From: Gammaproteobacteria bacterium
GTDB taxonomy: Bacteria > Pseudomonadota > Gammaproteobacteria > UBA4575
Assembly (NCBI GenBank): GCA_965222615.1
Contig: CBDCUI010000009.1
Span: 32,001-96,000 of the forward strand
Direction of reading: 5' to 3'
Length of the DNA stretch: 64,000 nt
A model generated the notes under the pieces. The model ran no database searches and was not told where the DNA came from. It saw only the letters and a program-made list of their open reading frames with translations. This document shows, one piece after another, positions 42,701-51,266 of this stretch; position 1 is the first letter of the stretch, and every line of letters starts with the position of its first letter. The position numbers and the translations under genes are program-made.

Positions 42701-43838
42701 GCAAGCTACTGAGAATTTATTAGATGAAAAATTATTAAATTTGATCAAGGATAATGTCGAATACATAAATAGTGAATATTTAGGAGGTTATCTTTCTGGT
42801 ATTCGAGAGCTTGATGAGGATAGATGGGAATCATTAATTGTGTTATTGCTTAGAGATGTAAATACAAGAGACTTGGCAATAAATTGTATAACGAGATCCG
42901 GACTAAACGATTCCCTTATACATCTAATGCTAAATATGTATAAGAAAGAGGAGATAAGCTCTAGCGCATTTTTTAATTTCTATTATAAGCGTGAGAATTC
43001 AGGTGTTTCATTTGATGCGGTTAGAGAAATTATACATACCTTACTCCAATATCCCGACGACACATCAGTTAGTGTTGCAATTGAAATTTTATACGTTAAA
43101 TACATAGAAGATGAAATTAATCCTTTACCAGAAGAATTGGTACTTAACGCTCTCATTGCGCCCCCGATTAAAATTTATACCCAAGAAGCAATGTATGACT
43201 ATCATTGGGAAAAAATTGCAAATGTTTATTTGAAAGAGTATCCACATAGAAGCATGGAATTGCTAGGTTCAATTTTCGATAAAATTCTTAGTGGCGCCCA
43301 ATATTATTCTTACTCATTTTTACGAAAAACAGCAGCTAAGATTATTAAAAGCGAACCTGATTTATCGTGGAAATTAGTATCAAGGATGCTTGAAGATAAC
43401 GACGCAGCTTCTTTTCATTTAATGTATTGGTTTGATAGTGACAACATTGAGGAAGGTGAAGAGAATAAAAGCTTAGCAAGTTATTTCCCTATAGATAAAG
43501 TTATGAAATGGGTTGGTGAAGACGAAAAAATTAGGAAGAATAAAATAATTGAAATATTGCCTAAAACTTTAGAATTACAGAATGGCGGTTATCTAACTCG
43601 TGAATTTATTGATAAATTTTGTAACGATAAAAAAACCACTGGAAGGCTCATAGTGCATTTTTGGGCCGGTTCATGGAGTGGAAATACTAGTGCATACTTA
43701 TCAGGCAAGAGAGATATAGCTAGAAAATGGTTCAGTGAAATTGAATCAGCTAGGATACAAAAATGGTTAAGCTATTACATGGACTGGTTAAGTGAACGAA
43801 TTGAGAGAGAGTTGATTGAAGAAGAAAGAGAATTTTGA
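39783..43838 (+). CDS. XRE-HTH + PD-(D/E)xK-like nuclease + STAND-type P-loop NTPase + helical repeat protein; putative anti-phage defence
   Basis: TQADKAKQLGITQPRLNALL...FSLDAL (HTH), DGGIDA...FQVKSG (nuclease), GEPGIGKT and LVIDD (Walker A/B), CDGSPRV, long helical C-terminus. Confidence 0.75.
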   Translation: MSDNLEATELSNDIRERAELIVTLQEYLVGQPGTQADKAKQLGITQPRLNALLKNKVEKFSLDALVNIAAKAGVRVNLQLQRIAKPLKSPPTILNTFQVGPFFSPMPDELGYLDSTQSSKVFLNLLRCDVTSAGISPSNIVFSLNTTTKDGGIDAKVEVECASSSFLDNGNVHFQVKSGSSFKPWYASCLKRELFGKSNARPSKKALGDAVKHCLDNGHTYCLVTFGHDLLPKEHTKTINYLIEYFQACGYRNPKVKVLGQGQLIGEIEKYPSLCLELKGLSVDGAQPIEYWKNNAQMQLPLFKGEPQNKFIDEIQDLIRSNSVQHIRVIGEPGIGKTRLILESVSDQFIAPTVVYISSGEEFQKSKLFKEILRVDRNFSATLVIDDCDSRDRTSIWSALKGNSRIKLITIDHGPEDSDDSSMKTIHCPLLPNEQIEEILASYLDKKYDLRNWAEMCDGSPRVAHAVGENLAKNSSDVLKTPADVPIWERFIIGHKPINSVDAEQYRIVLRHLALFQKFGFENPVDEEARHICTLVQKVDSSISWGKFQTIVLHYKNKRILQGNTTLYFVPKALHIHLWVDYWEQHGRGFKFQDIYEELPSGLRNWFLQLFIYAHDVEPAKKVVKNILSEDGPFSDVSFFKSKTGLKFISVLAEADPASTLRLIERTLEEWSHEDIYKLNEGRQYLVWALEKISVWKNLFARSVDVLTRLALAENSNYGNNSTGILLSLFQIGRGWAPTQAPPEMRFPILQEFVRSEDSAKRELGFKMCETWLDTHGGMRTIGSEYQGIRPTIKFWAPKVWGEIFDCWRDVLKFLFDEMKGFDIENKNKAANVLVHAAFDLIDTNAVTDQIHDILFELANDEDISKKGLTNFVIRMLNRRDRKLESSLLEKINELDNMLTGTSLIDRITRFVLNTNWEEHYGINDGDNSESDRRVNELAKEYMADTEHFDKYALSLLKASGLKLPQFAYECGKQATENLLDEKLLNLIKDNVEYINSEYLGGYLSGIRELDEDRWESLIVLLLRDVNTRDLAINCITRSGLNDSLIHLMLNMYKKEEISSSAFFNFYYKRENSGVSFDAVREIIHTLLQYPDDTSVSVAIEILYVKYIEDEINPLPEELVLNALIAPPIKIYTQEAMYDYHWEKIANVYLKEYPHRSMELLGSIFDKILSGAQYYSYSFLRKTAAKIIKSEPDLSWKLVSRMLEDNDAASFHLMYWFDSDNIEEGEENKSLASYFPIDKVMKWVGEDEKIRKNKIIEILPKTLELQNGGYLTREFIDKFCNDKKTTGRLIVHFWAGSWSGNTSAYLSGKRDIARKWFSEIESARIQKWLSYYMDWLSERIERELIEEEREF

Positions 43839-44359
43839 ATAAAATTAGTCTTTTTTTGTATTCAATATTTTATCGTGTCGATAGCCCACGTATAAAATCA
43901 CAAAGGTTGGCGAATATCTACCGTTCATTTTGTTAGTACGTATAGGCATTCACAGCTCCAATTGTTAGGGCGTTCATAAAAATATTACAAATTTATGAGT
44001 GGCCATGATCATTTAAATTGTAGCCGGATACCCCCCTATGGGGTCGGCAAACCACCATATAGGACCACCAAAACACCTGCCTACTTGGTTTAACACCAAG
44101 ACCTCAAGTCTTCTAGCCCGAAGGCCTAGCACCTGCAAAGTCAATGTTTATGCGGGCTTAGGTCATCCTTAGCATTGTCTAGGTGTGTCAATGTTGACTT
44201 GAACTGTGACATAGGGGTGACTTGGAGAGGTTGAGGAGCTGGCTTAGGTGGTCTCAGCGCGTCCATTTGAGTGCAGGGGAGCAGGCTTCAATACGCACAT
44301 CCTAATCACTAACAATCATTCCAGTTAAATACCAACAGTAAGGAGTAACCATTCACAGC

Positions 44360-44668
44360 ATGAAAGTAGAAGCATTTAGACAACCTGACCTAGGTCATTC
44401 AGTTGAGATGCTAGACATGATCAAGCAGATGTTTAGCGAAGGCATACCGCAATCTCGGATAGCAGAGCGTCTTAATAAGAAAGGCTATAGGGGCGCTCTT
44501 GGTGGTAAATGGAATTCCAGTAGTGTCGGTAGATTGCTTAGGCAGTTGAAGCTATTGCCTACACACAGTAGTTATCTTGAAGTGACCAAACAGAATGCTG
44601 AGCTGAAGGCGAGGGTTATAGAGTTAGAGGATACGTTAGAACATATAATGAAGGAGCATTACAGTTAA
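44360..44668 (+). CDS. Small DNA-binding protein (stand-alone recombinase-domain-like HTH + coiled coil)
   Basis: SRIAERLNKKGYRG..GGKWNSSSVGRLL resembles the large serine recombinase RD domain; AAGGAG RBS. Confidence 0.65.
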   Translation: MKVEAFRQPDLGHSVEMLDMIKQMFSEGIPQSRIAERLNKKGYRGALGGKWNSSSVGRLLRQLKLLPTHSSYLEVTKQNAELKARVIELEDTLEHIMKEHYS

Positions 44669-44766
44669 TTAATCTATTTTTTCAAGTAGTTACAAGTGAA
44701 ACATAAAGTAAAAATAATGGCTATATACTACGCTCAGTCATGAGGTTATATAACGCTGTTAAAGGG

Positions 44767-45285
44767 GACCCCTACTCTCAGAGAACTACAAACAAACTTT
44801 CGAGTTTAAGACCTCGACAAACAAAACTTTCCCCTATCCAATCGTCGTGTGAAACATGTTTCACGCTCTGACCTACGGGGTCGTGGGTTTTAGCCCGAGT
44901 GTTGTAACTCAACTGATAGATTCAATGTGACAGTTTTTACTGTTGTTAAAGGATTTAAGAATGGCTTAGGTAAGCGAGTGAAAATTGACTTAAGTCGGAA
45001 ACTTGAGTTTTAGGACCCTCACTTATAGACCTATGGAACCGTCGTAACCGTTCGTCAATGTTTAGAACGCCTATTCTAAGACAACTAGAACCACCACTTA
45101 TAGACTAAACAACCAAACAAACAAATCGAGTTTCTGATCTCTCAAAAAACTTTCACCTATCCAATCGAAATCAGTATATGGGGTTTTCAAAATACCTAAC
45201 ATTTTCAGTGAAGTAGTAAAAGACCCCTACTTACAGAGAAATTCATAGTTTTCTGAATCTAATATCAGTTACCTATCCAACCGTC
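44767..45285 (+). repeat. Non-coding cluster of interleaved direct repeats (putative origin, promoter or packaging region)
   Basis: 17-bp motif at 44767, 45014, 45089 and 45222; CCTATCCAAYCG near 44833, 45156 and 45272; palindrome GTGAAACATGTTTCAC at 44849-44864. Confidence 0.75.
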
Positions 45286-45367
45286 ATCACAGCTAAGGGT
45301 AGGGCTTAAAAATTTCCTCAATACTGGCTCGCAATGCCAGTTATTCATATCAACTTAAAGACATACC

Positions 45368-45625
45368 ATGAACAAACAACACCAAATCTACCGCATCAAT
45401 CTCGATGCCTTAAGCCGTGATCAACTTGAATATGCAAAGCAAAAAGTAAATGAAGTCACCGGAGCACGCTTCAGTTACTCCGAGCTTGTCCGCTGTGGTA
45501 TCGATCTAATGAGCCGTGAGCTGGAGCGTCAATTGAATAACTCAACAGGGTTAGCAAACAGATTAATAAATAGATTCGGTAAGTACCGATGGGCTAGGTC
45601 CGCTACTCAACGCAAAAGGAAGTAA
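45368..45625 (+). CDS. Small basic protein, possible ribbon-helix-helix regulator
   Basis: YRINLD...FSYSELVRCGID pattern. Confidence 0.55.
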   Translation: MNKQHQIYRINLDALSRDQLEYAKQKVNEVTGARFSYSELVRCGIDLMSRELERQLNNSTGLANRLINRFGKYRWARSATQRKRK

Positions 45626-45628
45626 CAA

Positions 45629-45964
45629 ATGGAAACAGATATAGATATTAAAGATGTAAGTCTAATGGACGTGTCTACATGGCATCACGATGTAGACGAT
45701 ACGGAAGCCCTTACACGGAAGCATATCCCAAACCTAGACATTGCAAAGTGGCTGTTACAGATCAGGGCCGATGCTCCGAATAAAGCTCCAGTAGTAATTA
45801 AAGGCGAAGAACAAGAGCCCACACCACATATTGATGTTACTCGAAGTAATCAACTGCTGAAGATAATTGCTTGCAACTTATTACAACGATTCTGTGTGCT
45901 TACATTTAATTCAAACATCGAGAAGGTCATAGATGAATATGAACGTCGTACCGTTATCTACTGA
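45629..45964 (+). CDS. Hypothetical protein
   Basis: 111-aa ORF closely coupled to its neighbours. Confidence 0.6.
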   Translation: METDIDIKDVSLMDVSTWHHDVDDTEALTRKHIPNLDIAKWLLQIRADAPNKAPVVIKGEEQEPTPHIDVTRSNQLLKIIACNLLQRFCVLTFNSNIEKVIDEYERRTVIY

Positions 45965-46220
45965 TCTTACATTACCAAGTGGTCCCGCAAGTTATGAAGA
46001 TGTATGCACAATACATCGGCAAGTTACCTCTATTCTGTCTGATGACTTAAACAAGATAGAAGAGGGCACTTATGATGGTGATGAGAAAGCGAAAGCAGAG
46101 ATCATCAAGGTTGCTATTAAGTTCTTAAAGGACAATAAGATCTTAGTTGATGAGGATAGCTCACCGAGAAAGTATGCAACTCAACTAGAAAGTTTAGAGT
46201 TGCCGACGTTTAGAGACTAG
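45933..46220 (+). CDS. Putative terminase small subunit (T7-like gp18/DNA maturase A type)
   Basis: About 95 aa; IH...L...IEEG...VAIKFLKDNKI...SP...LPTF pattern recalled from Autographiviridae TerS; not verified by search. Confidence 0.55.
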   Translation: MNMNVVPLSTDLTLPSGPASYEDVCTIHRQVTSILSDDLNKIEEGTYDGDEKAKAEIIKVAIKFLKDNKILVDEDSSPRKYATQLESLELPTFRD

Positions 46221-46256
46221 ATAAAAGCTTAAGGAAATAAATTAAAGGGATACAAA

Positions 46257-48176
46257 ATGGAACAATTAATCACAATCGACTCGAATGAGTTTGTCGAAAG
46301 GATGCAAGAACATTGGGAGACTACATTAGGCAATGTAAGCAGTGATGCATTACGCCTTGTATGGAAGCAACTATCTTCAACATTCAATGGTTATATTGGT
46401 GGACATGCAGATAAAGAATGGTATGTATTGCAACCCCCCACTGGATCAGGCAAAACTCAAGGCACTATTGTTTATGCATCGATGCTGTCTGAACTGGAAA
46501 TGACAGATCACCCTGGAATGTTAATTGTTACACGTCGGATATTCGATGCAGATTTAATAGCAGATCAGATAAATGAACTTTCAGGTCGAGAGGTAGCCGT
46601 TAGCTTTCATAGTGATAAGCATAAAGAGCTATCAATTCACGAGCTGTCCAAATGGCCTGTATTAGTCATTACCCATAGAGCCTATGAATTAGCACTGGAT
46701 CAAATCTATAAAGATCAAAGCAATAAAGATACATGGGATTACTTCAATGAGTGGATACCTAAGTTTGATTCAAATGGCAGAAAGTTAATTGTTATTGATG
46801 AGTCACTAGACATTGTTGAGCATAATCAAGTCACAGCTTCAGAGCTTAACCACACCATAGGTTGTCTTGACACAAAGCTATTAATTAAATATCCAAGTGA
46901 AATCGAAGCAATTAAGGTTGCAAGAGACCATCTCCTTAAAATAGAAGCAATGAACTTTGCAAGCACTACGACCACCATTGTCAAAAGCGTGCTCGATGAT
47001 ATTACTAAGGCACCTAATTTCTCAGAACTAATAAAAGACCTCAAGCAAGTGCGCTTCGATTTTCAAGTTCATAAGAATGACACCAATGAGAATAACAAAA
47101 TGAGGTCATTACATGAGAAGAGATTGAATGCACTGCAACGTATCTATAACTCATGGATGTACTATGCGAGGCTAGAGAATAAAGAAACATTAAACACAGC
47201 AAGATTGCTTGTACCAAGTAATGTTAGAGGCGCGGTTGTATTAGATGCAACAGCGAAGTCTAACTTGATCTATACAGTATTCGATAAAGCAAAGGTACTC
47301 ACACCACCGGAAGGTTCACGAAACTATCAGAATGTGAATGCACATTTCTTAAAGGGCTTCAACGGTGGCAAGGTATCGATGCAAAAGAATGCTAAGAAGC
47401 TTGCTAAGCAATTAATGGCGGACTTAAACACACGACTAGCGGGTCGTAATGTTCTTATCATTACTCATAAAAGTGTTAGACCAAGCCTTGAGCTATATGA
47501 AGGTAACACTAGTTTCAAAATGAACATTGCTCATTGGTTTAACGCCGCGGGTAGTAATGAATGGAAAGACTGTGATGCTGTAGTGTTATGGGGATTACCA
47601 TTTCTACCTGATTATGTGGCGACTAATACGTTCATGGCATGTCAAGGTGTACAAGAAGATGAGTGGCTGACAGATGTAACTAAGAGAGAGTTCAAAGGAA
47701 TAAAAGACATCAAGCAAGCACTTAAGGTTGGAGCTAGCGTAGTAGAGATCGTCCAAGGTCTGAATAGGATCGCCTCACGCAAAGTTATAGACACTGAAGG
47801 TAACTGTCCTGAAGTCGATTTCTATATTCCATTACCCAATAACACAATTGGAGAAGCAATCTATAAGGGGATTGTTGAGGAGATGCCTAGGATGACCTTA
47901 GGTGAACCTTGGAAACTAGACACCGATGCTAAGCCAGTTAAGAAAGGTAACGGTGAAATAGCTCTAGTGTCTTATCTCACTAATATGATGAGAGGGAAGG
48001 TTAGTGCTAGTCAGGTTAAGAGCGAGATAGGAATATCTCCCGCAACATTTAAAAGACTAGTAGCTAAGTTAAAAGATACAACTAGTTCCTTATATCAATC
48101 ACTAATAGATATAGGAGTTAAGTATCAAGTTAGTGGTAAGGGACAAAGACAAGTCGCTCATTTTGTTAAGTCTTAA
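46257..48176 (+). CDS. Superfamily 2 helicase-like replication protein with C-terminal HTH
   Basis: PPTGSGKT (I), IVIDES (II), LDATA (III), QGLNRIASR (VI); C-terminal SASQVKSEIGISPATFKR. Confidence 0.8.
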   Translation: MEQLITIDSNEFVERMQEHWETTLGNVSSDALRLVWKQLSSTFNGYIGGHADKEWYVLQPPTGSGKTQGTIVYASMLSELEMTDHPGMLIVTRRIFDADLIADQINELSGREVAVSFHSDKHKELSIHELSKWPVLVITHRAYELALDQIYKDQSNKDTWDYFNEWIPKFDSNGRKLIVIDESLDIVEHNQVTASELNHTIGCLDTKLLIKYPSEIEAIKVARDHLLKIEAMNFASTTTTIVKSVLDDITKAPNFSELIKDLKQVRFDFQVHKNDTNENNKMRSLHEKRLNALQRIYNSWMYYARLENKETLNTARLLVPSNVRGAVVLDATAKSNLIYTVFDKAKVLTPPEGSRNYQNVNAHFLKGFNGGKVSMQKNAKKLAKQLMADLNTRLAGRNVLIITHKSVRPSLELYEGNTSFKMNIAHWFNAAGSNEWKDCDAVVLWGLPFLPDYVATNTFMACQGVQEDEWLTDVTKREFKGIKDIKQALKVGASVVEIVQGLNRIASRKVIDTEGNCPEVDFYIPLPNNTIGEAIYKGIVEEMPRMTLGEPWKLDTDAKPVKKGNGEIALVSYLTNMMRGKVSASQVKSEIGISPATFKRLVAKLKDTTSSLYQSLIDIGVKYQVSGKGQRQVAHFVKS

Positions 48177-48822
48177 AGTTATGAGGCTCACTTCCCTTTA
48201 ATAAACCTATAGGGATTCGATCCTCATAAATATGAACGGTCAGTTATTAAAACTATCTGATACTTCGTAACCAACCGATCATAGACATCACTAGGTTTTA
48301 GGGGTCGTTATCATCCCCGTTATTTCCTCCCTGGTGGTGTCTATCCACCTAGGTCCAGCTAAGGTCATCCTTAGGTCTCTCCATACATCTTCCATACCCT
48401 ATGGATGGATCTTATTGGTCCTATAACTATCTAGCTTGCCTTATGGGCTAGAGAATGGAATAGCCGGTATAGGTCTAAACTTCGCCTATGCTGGCTAGTT
48501 CCTAGCTTATAATGACCGCTAACGACCCAAAGCGGACATTCAAATCATGACAAACTAGATAGGCTGGATCTTATTCCGCTTGAACTGCCGATTTCTCACA
48601 TTTAAACATCGCTATCTATCTAATCCTGCTGTATGGTGAATCTAAGATTAGATATTCCTATCCCGATTTTCTTCCAGAGTTTCATTTCTTTGCCAGTTGT
48701 CGGCAATCATCTCTAATTACTGATTCCTTTGACACAGTGTCATTGGAGCACTAACACATGTGCAAATAGATTGAATGGGTATGCGCACAACAAGGCTCGA
48801 TCATCGAGCAAGGATATAAACA

Positions 48823-49089
48823 ATGAAACTATATGTAGGTAATTTACCTTGGAGCGTAACTGATGTGGATTTAAAAGAACTTTTTAGTGAGGTTGGCGAA
48901 GTAACAAGCGCCACCATTATCACTGATAGAGATTCTGGTCGATCCCGTGGATTCGGTTTCGTAGAAATGGCGAAAGAGGCTGGCCAACAAGCGATTAAGA
49001 AATTCAGCGAGCACGTAATTGATAACAGAACGCTGCGTGTCAATGAAGCAAATGAAAAACAACCCCGTCAAGCTGGCGGCCATTCTTAA
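48823..49089 (+). CDS. RRM (RNP-1) RNA-binding protein
   Basis: KLYVGNL (RNP2), RGFGFVEM (RNP1), LRVNEA. Confidence 0.95.
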   Translation: MKLYVGNLPWSVTDVDLKELFSEVGEVTSATIITDRDSGRSRGFGFVEMAKEAGQQAIKKFSEHVIDNRTLRVNEANEKQPRQAGGHS

Positions 49090-49169
49090 AAGGTAGTTGG
49101 GCTAATGATCTTCGGGCGACATAACAATGCCGCTCGAGATCCTTTGACTACACAAAAGGAGCTACTTCT

Positions 49170-49313
49170 ATGATCGAAGAAGAAGAAAAGAAGTTGATGG
49201 ATCAATACGGGGTCATTTCTCAGCAAAAAACGGTGTATCACTATAATGGGTACAACTATGACAATCTTGAAGATGCGATTCGGTATGCCAAGATTGACAC
49301 TCAGCGAAAGTGA
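49170..49313 (+). CDS. Small protein (47 aa), not in the ORF track
   Basis: AAGGAG RBS; MIEEEEKKLMDQYGVISQQKTVYHYNGYNYDNLEDAIRYAKIDTQRK. Confidence 0.7.
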   Translation: MIEEEEKKLMDQYGVISQQKTVYHYNGYNYDNLEDAIRYAKIDTQRK

Positions 49314-49352
49314 ATTTGGCCCGTTCCCACAAAATTCTATGAGGAAGCCAAC

Positions 49353-49745
49353 GTGAATACTATTAAAGATATCAAGATAAAAGGCTTAGACCCGAATCGA
49401 AGGCCCAGTCTAAAGAATAAAAACTACGTTGATATAATTTTCGAGCTGACTCAAAAAGCACCCAAAGACTGGTGCGCTGACTTCAATTTATTATTTTCAA
49501 AAGATAAGCACAACGCAAAGATAAATCCTGATGAGGGACGATATGTTGAGACATGGGTGAGAAATATTAACGACATTCCAAAAGAACTTGAGCTGATTAA
49601 ACAACTCATCGTAATCTGTAATAACAACTATATTGAACAAAAGCATCAAGAAGAACTAGCTTGGCAAAAATCTGAAAACAGCAAATCCAATAGCCGCAGC
49701 GATGAATTAGAAGGTATCCTGGCAAGCCTAAATTTCAATTCATAG
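49353..49745 (+). CDS. Hypothetical protein
   Basis: 130 aa, GAGG RBS, GTG start. Confidence 0.7.
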   Translation: MNTIKDIKIKGLDPNRRPSLKNKNYVDIIFELTQKAPKDWCADFNLLFSKDKHNAKINPDEGRYVETWVRNINDIPKELELIKQLIVICNNNYIEQKHQEELAWQKSENSKSNSRSDELEGILASLNFNS

Positions 49746-49776
49746 CTCTTGTCTGAAATTGGCCGAAAGGAATCAT

Positions 49777-50076
49777 ATGAATAAGGACTGCAAAGTCGTA
49801 CTTATTTCGAATTCTGGGTATAAAAAAGAACACAACGATCTATTGCAAGAGCTAATAGAAAATGAAATTGAACTTTTCTGTGCCGTGGGTATTGAGTGCC
49901 AGGAGTGGGAAGAAGCAATGGACTTGTTGTGTGCTGAGTTAGATGCAAATGACATTAAACCAAACGCTTTTTGCAACACGACATCTCATCCTAATGAAAG
50001 TGTTGAGGATGTGATTAAATTTGCCGAAAGTTGGAGCCAGAAAGGGGCAACAGAAGTAAAAATAATCGAGATTTAA
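49777..50076 (+). CDS. Hypothetical protein (cassette-like)
   Basis: ATG at 49777 after AAGGA, directly abutting the degenerate 30-bp site. Confidence 0.7.
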   Translation: MNKDCKVVLISNSGYKKEHNDLLQELIENEIELFCAVGIECQEWEEAMDLLCAELDANDIKPNAFCNTTSHPNESVEDVIKFAESWSQKGATEVKIIEI

Positions 50077-50219
50077 CTAATGTAGTAGATGACCGCTATT
50101 GGCCGAAAGCGGACATAAACTAAGCCAGTAAGGCAGAAATTAGGTTGGATTCCATAAATAACATGTTCAAAATGACTGCTAACGACCCAAAGCGGACATA
50201 GGAAATAATAATATTTGAT

Positions 50220-50654
50220 ATGAAAAAGATACCAACTTTAAAAGCCGCGATGACTCCTTTCCCATATTCTGTACAGCTTGAAACGACGCTTACTGCTGTA
50301 AGGAATTTGATGCAAACGCACAATATTCATCATATTCCAGTTATGAATAGTGGGAAAATTGTAGGTGTAGTAACCGCAAGAGATGTTGAGGCAAGGCAAA
50401 AGATGATGGATAGCGATGATAATGAACCATCACTTGAGGTATTGCATGTTCCTATGTCTAAGGCTTATATCGTCGATATCAATGAACCGCTTGAAAATAT
50501 ATTGTTAACAATGGCTAGTAAACGAATTGGGGCTACTGTCGTAACTAAACATGGAAAATTAGTAGGAGTCTTTACATATATTGATGCTTGTCGTTATTTT
50601 AGTGAATACATAAAAGCAAAGTTTCCTAAAAATAATGATAATGATGCGGCATAA
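50220..50654 (+). CDS. CBS domain protein (cassette-like)
   Basis: AMTPFP, IHHIPV, IVGVVTARD, LVGVFTYID. Confidence 0.9.
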   Translation: MKKIPTLKAAMTPFPYSVQLETTLTAVRNLMQTHNIHHIPVMNSGKIVGVVTARDVEARQKMMDSDDNEPSLEVLHVPMSKAYIVDINEPLENILLTMASKRIGATVVTKHGKLVGVFTYIDACRYFSEYIKAKFPKNNDNDAA

Positions 50655-50742
50655 GCATCAACTTTTGAATGACTGCTTTTGGCCGAAAGCGGACATAAAG
50701 AGCTAAGCCACATTAAAGCAACCTAGCTCTATCCCTGTAGCA

Positions 50743-51012
50743 CTAATAATTAAAAGACTCTGCTGTTAGTGTAACCTTTGTACCTTCTAACGCTTTCTTA
50801 AACGGTCCAAACTCTGGAGTGTCCCCAAAGATCGGAAAGCTACCGTCGCATCCAGTTAAGTAAATAAGTTGTTTGTCGTCTATGTCTCGGCCTTCACCCA
50901 CTATCAGTAATGCGCCGTCCTTGTCTGTATACATAGTACCTTCAACAAGATCTGCAAAACTTAATTCTTCTTCGCGATGTTCAGGTGTTTCCACTTCTAT
51001 ATCTACAATCAT
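50743..51012 (-). CDS. Hypothetical acidic protein
   Basis: 89 aa, GGAG RBS. Confidence 0.6.
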   Translation of the reverse strand: MIVDIEVETPEHREEELSFADLVEGTMYTDKDGALLIVGEGRDIDDKQLIYLTGCDGSFPIFGDTPEFGPFKKALEGTKVTLTAESFNY

Positions 51013-51266
51013 TATGTAGTTACTCCATGTAAATTAAATAAGTAACTACTTTAGTTACAAAGACACACCTAATCCAATCAATTCTCTTTCTAACTTGACT
51101 ACTCTAAACAGTTGAGAGTCGTCAACTACGGCGAGTAACTTACTGCTACAAATAACTAAAGCAGTGTTCGCTGCGTTTACAACATTCAATGACACTCAAC
51201 GATTGAGTACTGTCAAAAAATTCTACTTATAACCCACCCACTAACTCTGCAAAGGAGTACATAACT

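Larger units (their letters stand above)
48511..50697. repeat. Array of 30-bp imperfect palindromic sites flanking cargo genes
   Basis: ATGACYGCT-N10-AGCGGACAT at 48511, 50088, 50171 and 50668; degenerate copy at 49748. Confidence 0.9.

Noticed and set aside
44849-44864. parS site
   Set aside because: GTGAAACATGTTTCAC has the parS half-sites in swapped order, and no parAB genes are present
48511-50697. CRISPR array or classical integron attC array
   Set aside because: Spacing is irregular (53 to over 1200 nt) with whole genes between repeats; no cas genes, no RYYYAAC/GTTRRRY ends, and the integrase lacks an evident IntI-type insertion
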